The notes under the pieces are model-generated. The model worked only from the letters and a program-made list of their open reading frames with translations, was not told the DNA's origin and did no database searches. Source: Acaryochloris thomasi RCC1774 (GTDB lineage Bacteria > Cyanobacteriota > Cyanobacteriia > Thermosynechococcales > Thermosynechococcaceae). Taken from it: DNA of 32,000 bases. A program made the position numbers and the translations under genes. Location: NCBI RefSeq assembly GCF_003231495.1, contig NZ_PQWO01000017.1, forward strand, positions 65,794-97,793, written 5' to 3'. Each line of letters starts with the position of its first letter. Positions within the stretch are counted from its first letter, which is position 1. Shown here piece by piece: positions 9,968 through 19,137 of the stretch.

Positions 9968-10876
9968 ATGACGGTTATTCCTGCTCTCCGATATGCTTAC
10001 TTTCCAGGCTGTGTGGCGCAAGGGGCCTGTCGTGAGCTTAATATGGCCACTCAGGCCATTGCCCAGACCCTCGGCATTGAGCTGATCGAACTCAAGAAGG
10101 CGGCCTGCTGCGGTTCAGGAACATTCAAAGAAGAGTCTCAGCTTTTAGAAGATACGGTCAATGCCCGCAACATTGCCCTGGCAGAGCAACTGAAGCTACC
10201 TCTGCTCACCCACTGCAGTACCTGTCAAGGCGTAATCGGTCATGTTGATGATCGATTAAAGGCAGCAAAGGCTGACGATCCGGCCTACTTTGATCAGGTC
10301 AATGGTCTTCTACAGGAGCAGAAATGCTCACCCTATCAGGGCAGCACGGAGGTCAAGCATATACTGTGGGCGTTAGTCGGGGACTACGGCTTAGAGATGA
10401 TCACGCAGCAGGTGAAGCGGAAGCTCTCGGGCCTCAGATGTGCTGCTTTCTATGGCTGTTATCTTTTGCGTGCCCAGTCTTCTTTGCCTTTCGATAACCC
10501 AGTGAATCCCAGTTCAATGGAGAATTTATTTGCGGCACTGGGGGCCACGCCGGTCTATTATTCTGGGCGCACGCAGTGCTGTGGCTGGCCTTTATCGAGC
10601 TATGCCACTGAGGCTTCTTTTAAGATGGCAGGGAATCGATTGGAAGATGCGATCGCATCTCAAGCAGACTGCATCGTCACGCCTTGTCCTCTGTGCCATC
10701 TCAACCTAGACTCCCGCCAACCTGAAGTCGAAAAGGCAACGGGCAAAACCTTAGGTCTGCCCATCCTGCATCTCCCTCAGCTTGTGGGCCTCGCTCTCGG
10801 TATTGAACCCTCGAAGCTAGGGCTAGAGCGTCATGTTGTCAAAACTCAGGCACTTCTCCGAAAGCTAGGATTTTGA
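9968..10876 (+). CDS. HdrB-like CCG-domain Fe-S protein (cyanobacterial succinate dehydrogenase/heterodisulfide-reductase subunit family)
   Basis: There are two Cys-rich CCG-type repeats: CxxxxxxxxxxCCG (ELKKAACCGSG) and CCGWP / PCPLCH. ATG 9968 is preferred over 9932. Confidence 0.7.
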   Translation: MTVIPALRYAYFPGCVAQGACRELNMATQAIAQTLGIELIELKKAACCGSGTFKEESQLLEDTVNARNIALAEQLKLPLLTHCSTCQGVIGHVDDRLKAAKADDPAYFDQVNGLLQEQKCSPYQGSTEVKHILWALVGDYGLEMITQQVKRKLSGLRCAAFYGCYLLRAQSSLPFDNPVNPSSMENLFAALGATPVYYSGRTQCCGWPLSSYATEASFKMAGNRLEDAIASQADCIVTPCPLCHLNLDSRQPEVEKATGKTLGLPILHLPQLVGLALGIEPSKLGLERHVVKTQALLRKLGF

Positions 10877-10917
10877 GCCCTTACCCCCGGCTGGAGAACC
10901 TAGAACCCAATCTACAT

Positions 10918-11910
10918 TTACCTAAACATGCTGCTCACAGAGCTGTCTTCATGAACGCGCCAAATCGTTTCTCCTAAAAGGCTAGCAACAGACAGCACCC
11001 GCAGTTGCGGAAAGTGACGCTCTGGCGGTACTGGAATGGTGTTGGTAACAATAACCTCTTCAAACACACTGTCTACCATCCGTTGGGTCGCAGGGGGTGA
11101 AAAGACAGCATGGGTCGCACAGGCATAAACCTGCCGTGCCCCTTCCTCACGCAGCAAACGAGCTGCCTCAGTGATCGTACCGCCAGTATCAATCATGTCA
11201 TCAACCAGCACAGCCGTTTTGCCTGCGACATCTCCGACCACGTTCATAACTTCAGCAACATTGTGGGCCTGACGGCGTTTATCAATGATCGCCAGGGGCG
11301 CATCATCCAGCTTTTTGGCAAAGGCCCGTGCCCGCGCCACCCCACCCACATCAGGAGAAACGACGACCAAATCCGGCAGTTCTTTCTGAGCCAGATAGTC
11401 AATCAGAACCGGTGAACCATAAACGTGGTCAACAGGAATATCGAAATAACCCTGAATCTGAGCCGAGTGTAGATCCATTGACAGAATGCGGCTTGCTCCG
11501 GCCTGAGTAATTAGATTCGCCACCAGCTTGGCCGTAATGGACTCTCGCCCTGCCGTTTTGCGGTCGGCCCGCGAATAGCCATAGTAAGGAATAACCGCTG
11601 TAATCTGTCGAGCCGAAGCGCGTCGACAGGCATCAATCATGATCAGCAGCTCCATCAGGTGATCATTGACCGGACGGCAGGTGGGCTGCATCAAATAAAC
11701 ATCACAGCCTCGAATGGATTCTTGAATCTGAACGTAGAGTTCACCATCAGCGAACTGCTTACGCACCATGGGCCCAAGATCAACACTCAGATAGCGCGCA
11801 ACCTCCTGGGCAAGCTGAATATTTGCAGAACCAGAAAAAAGCTTAAGACGATTATTCTCAGCAACCAACGGTAACGGAGATTGCAAGGCCAGTGTTGCAG
11901 AAGAGATCAC
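10918..11910 (-). CDS. prs: Ribose-phosphate pyrophosphokinase (PRPP synthetase)
   Basis: LKLFSGSANIQLAQEVARYL..., the FADGELYVQIQESIRG motif, and the PRPP-binding loop VLVDDMIDTGGT. GTG start with the N-terminal extension typical of cyanobacteria. Confidence 0.95.
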   Translation of the reverse strand: MISSATLALQSPLPLVAENNRLKLFSGSANIQLAQEVARYLSVDLGPMVRKQFADGELYVQIQESIRGCDVYLMQPTCRPVNDHLMELLIMIDACRRASARQITAVIPYYGYSRADRKTAGRESITAKLVANLITQAGASRILSMDLHSAQIQGYFDIPVDHVYGSPVLIDYLAQKELPDLVVVSPDVGGVARARAFAKKLDDAPLAIIDKRRQAHNVAEVMNVVGDVAGKTAVLVDDMIDTGGTITEAARLLREEGARQVYACATHAVFSPPATQRMVDSVFEEVIVTNTIPVPPERHFPQLRVLSVASLLGETIWRVHEDSSVSSMFR

Positions 11911-12012
11911 GACAGGTTCCTAAAGCGCATCCTTGGAGATTTTAGCATCCTCGATTTACCTTCAGAACGCCGATTTTCACAAGGCTCTCACAGCCAAAAT
12001 TTCAGATGCAGA

Positions 12013-13320
12013 CTACGAGCCCCGACGCTTTTGCAAAAAGTCAGGAATATCAAGCCCTGAGCCAGGCTTCTTCGCGGGTGCGGGTGGGGCCGCAGCAGGG
12101 TTCTTCACCACTTTCGCCTTGGTTCTAGCATCAGACTTAGGCTTTGCTTGCTTAATTCGAGGGGGCAGCGGCGTCGAGTCATCGCCGGTGAATCCCGTTG
12201 CAATCACGGTGATTTTGATATCACCCTGCAGCGCCTCATCAATCACGGCTCCAAAAATAATATTTGCACCGGGATCAACCACCTCATAGATGGTGTCTGC
12301 GGCCACCCCAACCTCATGGAGCGTCAAATCAGAGCCACCTGTAATGTTGAAGACCACACCCCTTGCACCTCTGATAGAAGAATCAAGAAGAGGTGAATCA
12401 ATAGCGGCTGTTGCAGCTTCCTTCGCACGAGACTTTCCAGAGCCAGTGCCCACGCCCATCATGGCTGAGCCAGCATCAGCCATCACAGCCCGAACATCAG
12501 CAAAGTCAACATTAATCAGGCCAGGGATACTAATGATGTCAGAGATACCTTGCACACCCTGACGCAGGATATCGTCAGCCACTCGGAAGGCCTCTTGAAC
12601 AGGCGTTTGCTCTGCAACGGCAGACAAAATCTTGTCGTTGGGAATCACAATCAGCGTATCGACCCTCGACTGCAGCGCTGCAATACCTTCTTCGGCCTGA
12701 TGCATCCGCCGCCGCCCTTCAAACGTGAAGGGGCGGGTCACAACGCCCACCGTCAGCGCCCCCATCTCTTTGGCGACTTCAGCTACAATCGGCGCGGCAC
12801 CCGTTCCTGTGCCCCCGCCCATGCCGCAGGTAATAAAGACGAGGTCCGAGTCCGCTAAGGCTGCTGAGATCTCGTCTCGTGACTCTTCAGCAGCTTTTTG
12901 ACCAATGGCAGGGTTACCACCTGCTCCTAGACCTCGAGTCAGCTTTTGTCCAACCTGAAGACGCTGCGCGTCTGAGTTTTGAGACAAAGCCTGCGCATCA
13001 GTGTTGAGGAGCCAAAACTCTACGCCCAAAACGTTACTTTCGATCATGCGGTTGACCGCATTGCCGCCACCACCGCCAACGCCCATCACCTTAATTCTTG
13101 CTGCACCATGCGCCATGATGTAATCACTCTCTGGCTCAACAGAAGGAGTAACTGGAGCATTATCGGGTCCCAAATTATCAAGAATGGAATCCAAATCATC
13201 AAACCCTTCAGTACTCTGGGGCATACCAGCACTAAAGGAGTCACCCGCACTGGAATTGAGATGATCTAAATTAATTTTTGAACGAGGCGGGACAGAACGA
13301 TTCTGCTCTTCAAATGTCAT
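12013..13320 (-). CDS. ftsZ: Cell-division GTPase FtsZ
   Basis: Tubulin signature [10 protein letters not shown], the NTDAQAL motif and the C-terminal [10 protein letters not shown] peptide. ATG 13320 (MTFEEQN...) is preferred. The track's extension to 13404 is hydrophobic, basic and unconserved-looking. Confidence 0.95.
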   Translation of the reverse strand: MTFEEQNRSVPPRSKINLDHLNSSAGDSFSAGMPQSTEGFDDLDSILDNLGPDNAPVTPSVEPESDYIMAHGAARIKVMGVGGGGGNAVNRMIESNVLGVEFWLLNTDAQALSQNSDAQRLQVGQKLTRGLGAGGNPAIGQKAAEESRDEISAALADSDLVFITCGMGGGTGTGAAPIVAEVAKEMGALTVGVVTRPFTFEGRRRMHQAEEGIAALQSRVDTLIVIPNDKILSAVAEQTPVQEAFRVADDILRQGVQGISDIISIPGLINVDFADVRAVMADAGSAMMGVGTGSGKSRAKEAATAAIDSPLLDSSIRGARGVVFNITGGSDLTLHEVGVAADTIYEVVDPGANIIFGAVIDEALQGDIKITVIATGFTGDDSTPLPPRIKQAKPKSDARTKAKVVKNPAAAPPAPAKKPGSGLDIPDFLQKRRGS

Positions 13321-13368
13321 TGGGGGAGTGAATAAACGGCAAATGTAAATGAGACGTCGCGTAAACCT

Positions 13369-13390
13369 TAGGGCAAGTATAGGGCAAGTG
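13369..13390. repeat. Tandem 11-bp repeat in the ftsZ leader
   Basis: TAGGGCAAGTA|TAGGGCAAGTG (10/11 identical), 49-70 nt upstream of the ftsZ ATG. Confidence 0.8.
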
Positions 13391-13528
13391 TTCCGAAAAA
13401 CCAATCACAGAGACCGAAACACAACCTCAATTGCCTCGATAGATACAGAATTGAAGAGATTTTCTCTATTTAATGGCTAATTTCTTTCTAAAACAGCCGA
13501 AAAAGATGAAATAGAGGAATTTCCTTGA

Positions 13529-14491
13529 TTAGGTGGGCGGCACTGAAGGCTCTGGAGGATTACGCATTTCTAAATCCGGCTGGTCTGGATTTTGCAGGTC
13601 AATATAAACAATCTGTTCTATATCAATGGTGTCACTTAGGGATCGCATCTCATCTAACGCTTTTAGCTGCTTAGCGAAGTGACTGTCATCAGAACCAAGA
13701 TGAATTTCACCTAACTTCGTCTTTAGCTTAAGATTGGCAAGATCTTGCCAGTTAATAGATGAAAGCTGAACGGGGCTATCTGATTTGATGACCGAACTGC
13801 TCTGCAGGACTGAATACATGCGCTGCCACTGTTTCTGTTTCTGTTGATTCAGAATCATTGGTTTAGCGTTTTGCGCTGCGGCTATTTTTTTGAGGGGAGC
13901 TACTGCGGTTTCGGGGAGAGGACTTAAGAAGTTCTCCATTTCGAGAGCGGGTAGATCTTTGGCGTTTGCGAAGGCAGGGTAATACTGTGCTGGTAATGCA
14001 ACGCCCTGATCGTCAAGGATCCAGGTGTCTGCAGGGCCAATTTTCAGGGCTTTGGAATCGCCGGGGTCTGTAACGAGTAAACAGCGATCGCATCTTGTAA
14101 TCGCCACCGGGGGCCGCTCTTGAACAAAAATAGTTGCTCTGGGGGGAAAGAGCTTTCGTGAAACGAGCACCTGTTGAATATGGGCGTGCTTTTGTAGGAC
14201 CGTCTCAATCCGTTGCGGTTCTAATCGAATCAGCGATAGCGGAAAGGAGAAGGGTAGGAGTGATTCCAGCCCAGCGGTTGACAGTTGATTATTGCCCGAA
14301 ATCGCAATCTGACTCTGCTGTCGAAGCTTCCATTCTGGTTGACTCACGGCCCAGCCAAGGCCAACAGCTACGCTCAGGGTCACGAGCGTTCGCCAAGCGG
14401 CCTGCAGGAAGCGATTTTGCCGCTGCCGTTTGAGCTGTTTGTGCCGATCTCGAATGAGGTCAATTTGAGATTCTGCTGCAGGGTCTGTCAT
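13529..14491 (-). CDS. ftsQ: Cell-division protein FtsQ/DivIB (POTRA domain)
   Basis: It sits directly upstream of ftsZ on the same strand. It has a basic N-terminus, a single TM helix (TLVTLSVAVGLGWAV) and then a POTRA-like region (IAISGNNQLS...). Confidence 0.8.
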   Translation of the reverse strand: MTDPAAESQIDLIRDRHKQLKRQRQNRFLQAAWRTLVTLSVAVGLGWAVSQPEWKLRQQSQIAISGNNQLSTAGLESLLPFSFPLSLIRLEPQRIETVLQKHAHIQQVLVSRKLFPPRATIFVQERPPVAITRCDRCLLVTDPGDSKALKIGPADTWILDDQGVALPAQYYPAFANAKDLPALEMENFLSPLPETAVAPLKKIAAAQNAKPMILNQQKQKQWQRMYSVLQSSSVIKSDSPVQLSSINWQDLANLKLKTKLGEIHLGSDDSHFAKQLKALDEMRSLSDTIDIEQIVYIDLQNPDQPDLEMRNPPEPSVPPT

Positions 14492-14691
14492 CCCCTCTTC
14501 CTTGCCTTAAGGCTCTGGTATACATCAGTGAATATTCATAGTATTAGACCCTGACCCTCTTGCGTCGGTAAGCAGCGTACAGTTTAAAGATATCTTGGCC
14601 GTAAGAAGATGTCGCCCTTTGGCAGCGGAGCATTGAGAGCAGTATGGTTTTAATTCGATCCCCGAAACCGTGGCAGAGGCAACGGCAGCGG

Positions 14692-15633
14692 ATGACGTCA
14701 GAAACGGTCTTCTACCAACGACGTCGACTGCTCAAAGGGCTAGGGGGGATGGGCATAGGGATGGCTGCATTCTCGACGGCGAGCTGTGTCCGCCAGTCAA
14801 AAACGGGGGACCCTTCAGAGCTGGCTGCGACCTTCAAAACGTCGCGGCTAGAGGCTGAACGCAATACTCGCTATACGGTCAATCGTTCGGCAACACCTCA
14901 GGATTTAGCCGCTGGCTACAACAATTTCTACGAGTTTGGCGGCAATAAACAAATTTGGAAGGCGGCGCAAAAGCTACCGCTCAACGACTGGCAGGTGGAG
15001 GTGACAGGTCAGGTCAATAATCCGCGTACCTATAATGTCGATGATCTCAAGCAGCGATTCCCGCTAGAGGAGCGCATCTATCGATTTCGCTGTGTGGAAG
15101 CCTGGGCAATGGTGGTGCCCTGGGTGGGTTTTCCGATGCGAGCGCTGCTCAAGGAGGTTGAGCCAAAGGCAACGGCCAAATTTGTTCGCTTTACTTCTTT
15201 CTATGATCCGGCAGTCTGCCCCGGTCCTGGTTTCTTACCTGGCTCACTGCCTTGGCCCTATACAGAGGGCTTAAGTATTGCTGAGATGGCCAACGAACTG
15301 GCCTTTTTCGCGGTGGGTATATACGGCCGGGAACTCCCGAAGCAGCATGGTGCTCCTTTAAGGATGGTTCTACCTTGGAAATATGGGTTTAAGGGAGCTA
15401 AATCCATTGTCAAAATTGAGTTTCTTGACCAGCAGCCGGCGACGTTCTGGAATTCGCTGTCACCGAATGAATACGGATTCACTGCAAATGTCGATCCGAA
15501 AGTGCCACACCCTCGATGGTCGCAGTCTCAAGAACGCTTACTGGGGACCGGCTCTAATTCCTATGCATGGGAGAAGCAGCCCACACTGCCCTACAACGGT
15601 TATGAGGAGTACGTGGGTAAGCTATACAGCTAG
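14692..15633 (+). CDS. msrP: Protein-methionine-sulfoxide reductase catalytic subunit MsrP (YedY; molybdopterin)
   Basis: Twin-arginine signal (QRRRLLKGLG). It is collinear with E. coli MsrP as I remember it: GYNNFYEFG, LEERIYRFRCVEAWAMVVPWVGFP, PWKYGFKGAKSIV, HPRWSQ. Confidence 0.9.
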   Translation: MTSETVFYQRRRLLKGLGGMGIGMAAFSTASCVRQSKTGDPSELAATFKTSRLEAERNTRYTVNRSATPQDLAAGYNNFYEFGGNKQIWKAAQKLPLNDWQVEVTGQVNNPRTYNVDDLKQRFPLEERIYRFRCVEAWAMVVPWVGFPMRALLKEVEPKATAKFVRFTSFYDPAVCPGPGFLPGSLPWPYTEGLSIAEMANELAFFAVGIYGRELPKQHGAPLRMVLPWKYGFKGAKSIVKIEFLDQQPATFWNSLSPNEYGFTANVDPKVPHPRWSQSQERLLGTGSNSYAWEKQPTLPYNGYEEYVGKLYS

Positions 15634-15697
15634 CCGCTGCACTTTTAAGATTCCGATCTCTGATATTACGGGTGCCAGGGATCAATGACTGGACCGT

Positions 15698-17221
15698 TTA
15701 TGACATCGCCTGAATCTGCTTAACGGCGGTCAGGGCAGAGTAGCTAACGCCTGCGGTTCCTTCGCCGGGATGGGTGGAGTCACCTACGAGCCAAAGTCCT
15801 TTGATGGGGGTGCGGGTGGAGAAACCAAAGGGGCCAAAGTTAGGGACGCGCTGACCGATACCGCCGACGATGCCTTTCTGGCGAGCGGTAAAACGTTCAA
15901 AGGTGCGGGGAGTTCCGGCTTCTTGGTGGATGATGGTGTTTGCGTTGAGGGTGAAGTATTGACTGAGGTTTGCGATCGCATCTTCCGCATACTTCTCTTT
16001 CAAGCCTTCATAATCGTCGGTCTGCTCCCACTGATCTGGGTCGGTAAAGGTAGAGGCGATAATCGTTGCCTGACCATCGGTTGCACGACCATCACCCGGG
16101 CGACTGACAGAAACAAATAGGGAGTTATTCTCAGCAATGGGTCCGTCAGCATCATAAAGAAACTGCAGATGCGGTGGACAGTCATCAGGAATCGCTTCAG
16201 CTGCAACACCTAAATAAACAACGAAAGCACCGGAGGCGGTCGGCAGTCCCTGGACTCGCTTTTGATAGCTGGCCGGAGCTGCCTTCCCCAATAGATCAAC
16301 TAGATTTTGCACTGTAACGTTAGCGACAACGTGGTCCGCCGCTTCGATCCACTCGTTCTCCTTGGTATCATGCCCTTGAACTTTGAAGGGGAGATTTGCG
16401 TCGTCCTTTTTCTGGATGCTCTGCACTGAGTGTCCTAGATAGAGCTCTCCAGCAGATTTTTTGAGCGCTTCGACCAAGCAATCGCTGAGTACCTGCATAC
16501 TGCCGTATAGGTGGGAAAGTCCCTGAGGATGCTGCGATACTCCAAGTGCAGTAGCGGCATAGAGTAGAGCCGTTTCTTCGGCATCCACTTGGGAATAAAG
16601 CTTGAGCTGTAAATCTAAAAATGTTTTGAGGCGATGATCATGCCCCAATCCAAACGCTCGGAGCGTCTGCCCTACAGTGGAAAAGATATGGGGGACTGTC
16701 TTTAGCGTGGCAGGCCGCAGCGCCTGCACAGCCTGCCACACATCCCAAGGGCTGCGGGGCGGAATCACGGGGTCGCGGGACTGGAAAGCCCAATTGACCT
16801 CAAAAAGATCGGCCATCAGTTGCCAAAACCTCTCACTGCCGGGGAACTGTCGTTGGCGCTCGGCTTTCCACTGGTCAGGATCGCGCCAAACAGAGATGGG
16901 GCGATCTTCTCCAGGCAAGAAAACAGCGCAGGCCGGATCGCAGGGACTAGCGGCAGGGAGATCGATACCGAGTTCAGTGAAGATGCGGTGATGAATGCCG
17001 CCAGGTTCGAGGCCCGCAACCTGGGTAGCACCCACATCAAAGGTGAATCCTCGACGCTTGAAGGTTGAGGCACATCCGCCAGGGATTTGGGCTTGCTCAA
17101 AGATTTTGACCTGATAGCCTCGGTGCGCCAATAGAGATGCTGCCGTGAGACCACCGATCCCGGCTCCGATTACGACGACTTTGCAGCCAGTCGGTGAAGG
17201 TACCTGTTGCGCTTGGGGCAT
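15698..17221 (-). CDS. Phytoene-desaturase-family FAD oxidoreductase (CrtD / carotenoid C-3',4'-desaturase- or isomerase-like)
   Basis: N-terminal dinucleotide fold VVVIGAGIGGLTAA...EQAQIPGG. It has the length (507 aa) and the C-terminal GDSTHPGEG motif typical of the CrtI/CrtD/CrtH family. The subfamily cannot be decided by eye. Confidence 0.75.
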   Translation of the reverse strand: MPQAQQVPSPTGCKVVVIGAGIGGLTAASLLAHRGYQVKIFEQAQIPGGCASTFKRRGFTFDVGATQVAGLEPGGIHHRIFTELGIDLPAASPCDPACAVFLPGEDRPISVWRDPDQWKAERQRQFPGSERFWQLMADLFEVNWAFQSRDPVIPPRSPWDVWQAVQALRPATLKTVPHIFSTVGQTLRAFGLGHDHRLKTFLDLQLKLYSQVDAEETALLYAATALGVSQHPQGLSHLYGSMQVLSDCLVEALKKSAGELYLGHSVQSIQKKDDANLPFKVQGHDTKENEWIEAADHVVANVTVQNLVDLLGKAAPASYQKRVQGLPTASGAFVVYLGVAAEAIPDDCPPHLQFLYDADGPIAENNSLFVSVSRPGDGRATDGQATIIASTFTDPDQWEQTDDYEGLKEKYAEDAIANLSQYFTLNANTIIHQEAGTPRTFERFTARQKGIVGGIGQRVPNFGPFGFSTRTPIKGLWLVGDSTHPGEGTAGVSYSALTAVKQIQAMS

Positions 17222-17435
17222 GAGGTAGAGGTTGTTTATATAAATTAATGATAGCGTTTCTCAGTATCAGCCCCTCGGAGATCTATTTTATACAAGTGAT
17301 GCTTACAGAAAAATTGCGCATTGCTGAGATCTCGCTGTGGATCAATTTTATTGTTTTGAATTGAATTGATTACTCAGGAGGATTGAAGTAAAAATTTAGC
17401 TTGATCCTGACAAGCAAAACATACGAAGACATAGC

Positions 17436-18275
17436 GGTTCTGTTGCATTAACTTTTCAGGGCACAAGAATGGAAGCTTCCCCCTGATTTTTTAAACAGCA
17501 ACCCCAAAGATCTCGGAAATGAAGTGATTCTGAGACCGGAGATATCCTTTCTCAATGCCGACGATCTGCCCCTTCCGAATCGCATTCATTGTCTCGTATC
17601 CTCGGATCGTTCGCTTGGCGCTCCAGAAGTTCTGAAAGCCCAGTCCTGCCTTGACTTTATGTTTTATGAATCGGTGGTCCTGTTCCAAAATATTGTTCAT
17701 GTACTTCACCGGACGGTGTTCCGTCGCTTCAGATAACTCACCTGACTGTTGGAGAGCCTCAATTGCGCCAGGATAGACGGCGTACTTATCCGTATTGATG
17801 ACTCTGGGCATCTGCTCTACATGCTCTCGCTGTAAGACCTTACGCAGAAAGCGTTTAGCGGCGTTGGTGTCCCGCCTTGCCATGAGCAAAAAGTCGAGCA
17901 TGAAACCCGATGAATCAATTGCTCTCCAGAGGTAATAGGACCGTCCCTGGATATCGATGTATGTTTCATCGATTCTCCATGAGTCATGGGTGGGGCACAA
18001 GTGACGGCGGGCGACACCGCTCATTTAACTCTGGGCTATATCGCTGCACCCACCTGTAAATACTGAAACGGTTGACGTAGATCCCTCGCTCACTGAGCAT
18101 GTCAACAACATCTTGATAGCTCAAGCGATAGCGAAGATACCAGCGTACAGCCATCAAGATGATGAAGGATGGAAAGCGGCGTCGTTTGAAAGGTTGATCA
18201 ACTGGCATTGCTGGAAAGCTGGAACCGCAAGAATCTCAACCTACCATCTCAGGTCACAGTTAACGCAACAGAACC
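17436..18275 (-). mobile_element. IS6-family insertion sequence (840 bp) with terminal inverted repeats
   Basis: IR at 17436-17452 is GGTTCTGTTGCATTAAC. The reverse complement of 18259-18275 is GGTTCTGTTGCGTTAAC (16/17). The single transposase gene fills the element, and the size is typical of the IS6/IS26 family. Confidence 0.9.
17491..18208 (-). pseudogene. IS6-family DDE transposase, split by a frameshift
   Basis: The HTH part (17984..18208: ...AVRWYLRYRLSYQDVVDMLSERGIYVNRFSIYRWVQRY) and the DDE part (17491..18024: WRIDETYIDIQGR...INTDKYAVY...EQDHRFIK) are in different frames. They overlap across 17984-18024. Removing one base from the G/C run at 18005-18013 would restore ...NERCRRRHLCPTHDSWRIDETY. 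Confidence 0.85.
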
Positions 18276-18331
18276 GTTTGCCTCCATCCAACTCTGCCGT
18301 GGAAGTTTTGTTCTGACCGGGATGGCATCTC

Positions 18332-18357
18332 AGCCATAAGTTAGCCATAAGTTAGCC
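18332..18357. repeat. 11-bp tandem repeat (2.4 units)
   Basis: AGCCATAAGTT AGCCATAAGTT AGCC, just inside the cargo next to the IS right end. Confidence 0.8.
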
Positions 18358-18433
18358 TTTCTCAGCCCTGAACGTAGCCATCTGTTGGGTCTAATGGGAT
18401 TAAAGAGTTCAATACATATTTTGAGTTACTACC

Positions 18434-18913
18434 ATGAATATGAAACTACTTGGTTCTTCGCTTATTACAGCGTCTTTGCTTATGGGAACCGTGCTCAATG
18501 AAGGAGCGTTGGCAGGCTCACACATAAAAATATTCCGCTCCCGCCACCATAAAGTCTTCCACCCTCACCACCGTAAAGTCTTCCGCGTGCATCACCATCG
18601 TTCTCGTTCTTGCAGAGCGAATCATAATCGTCGCAACTATATAGTAACGATTGCAAATCAGACTAGTAAGCAACAGATCTATTGGATTGATGGAAACAAA
18701 TACCAGTTATCACCAGGAGGTCAATACACCCACAACAAGATCATTGGAGGTGATAGCAGATGCAGAAAAGGCAGTATTGCATTACCTCTACTCGAGTTTG
18801 ATAAATATGCAAATGATAAACAATTTACTTCAAAGGTAGTCAGACTCAATGGCAGAACAAGTTACTACTATTTTGATGGGGTTTCAAATACTATATCTCT
18901 GAAAAAGGGATAA
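18434..18913 (+). CDS. Hypothetical secreted His/Arg-rich protein (IS-flanked cargo)
   Basis: Signal peptide MNMKLLGSSLITASLLMGTVLNEGALAG. This is followed by HIKIFRSRHHKVFHPHHRKVFRVHHHRSRS and then a beta-rich ~90-aa domain. I recognise no family. Confidence 0.6.
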   Translation: MNMKLLGSSLITASLLMGTVLNEGALAGSHIKIFRSRHHKVFHPHHRKVFRVHHHRSRSCRANHNRRNYIVTIANQTSKQQIYWIDGNKYQLSPGGQYTHNKIIGGDSRCRKGSIALPLLEFDKYANDKQFTSKVVRLNGRTSYYYFDGVSNTISLKKG

Positions 18914-19137
18914 GGGTTTTTGCACCATTCTTATTTTGTTTTCATTACAGTTTCTGCGTTGGGATATCGGCGGTTATGTTCTCACTGCCGATATCCGCTA
19001 CCAGTTGTCACGTTAGGTAACAAATAAAAAACAATGCCCACTTTCTATCTTCTATGAGTTGAGTAACTTATCAAGCTTGGTCAGTACAGCTTTAATTTCT
19101 CGTTTCTTTTTAGGGTTCTCCCAGACAGTAGAATGTC

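Noticed and set aside
13321-13404. N-terminal extensions offered by the ORF track, all with non-ATG or poorly placed starts. Affected genes are ftsZ to 13404, fabF to 9489, acpP to 9777, desC from 20843, the PEP-CTERM protein from 1068 and msrP from 14644.
   Set aside because: The downstream ATGs give N-termini matching known family starts (a signal peptide, a Tat motif, MSD.. for ACP, the FtsZ N-terminal region). The extensions look non-conserved and cover likely regulatory DNA.
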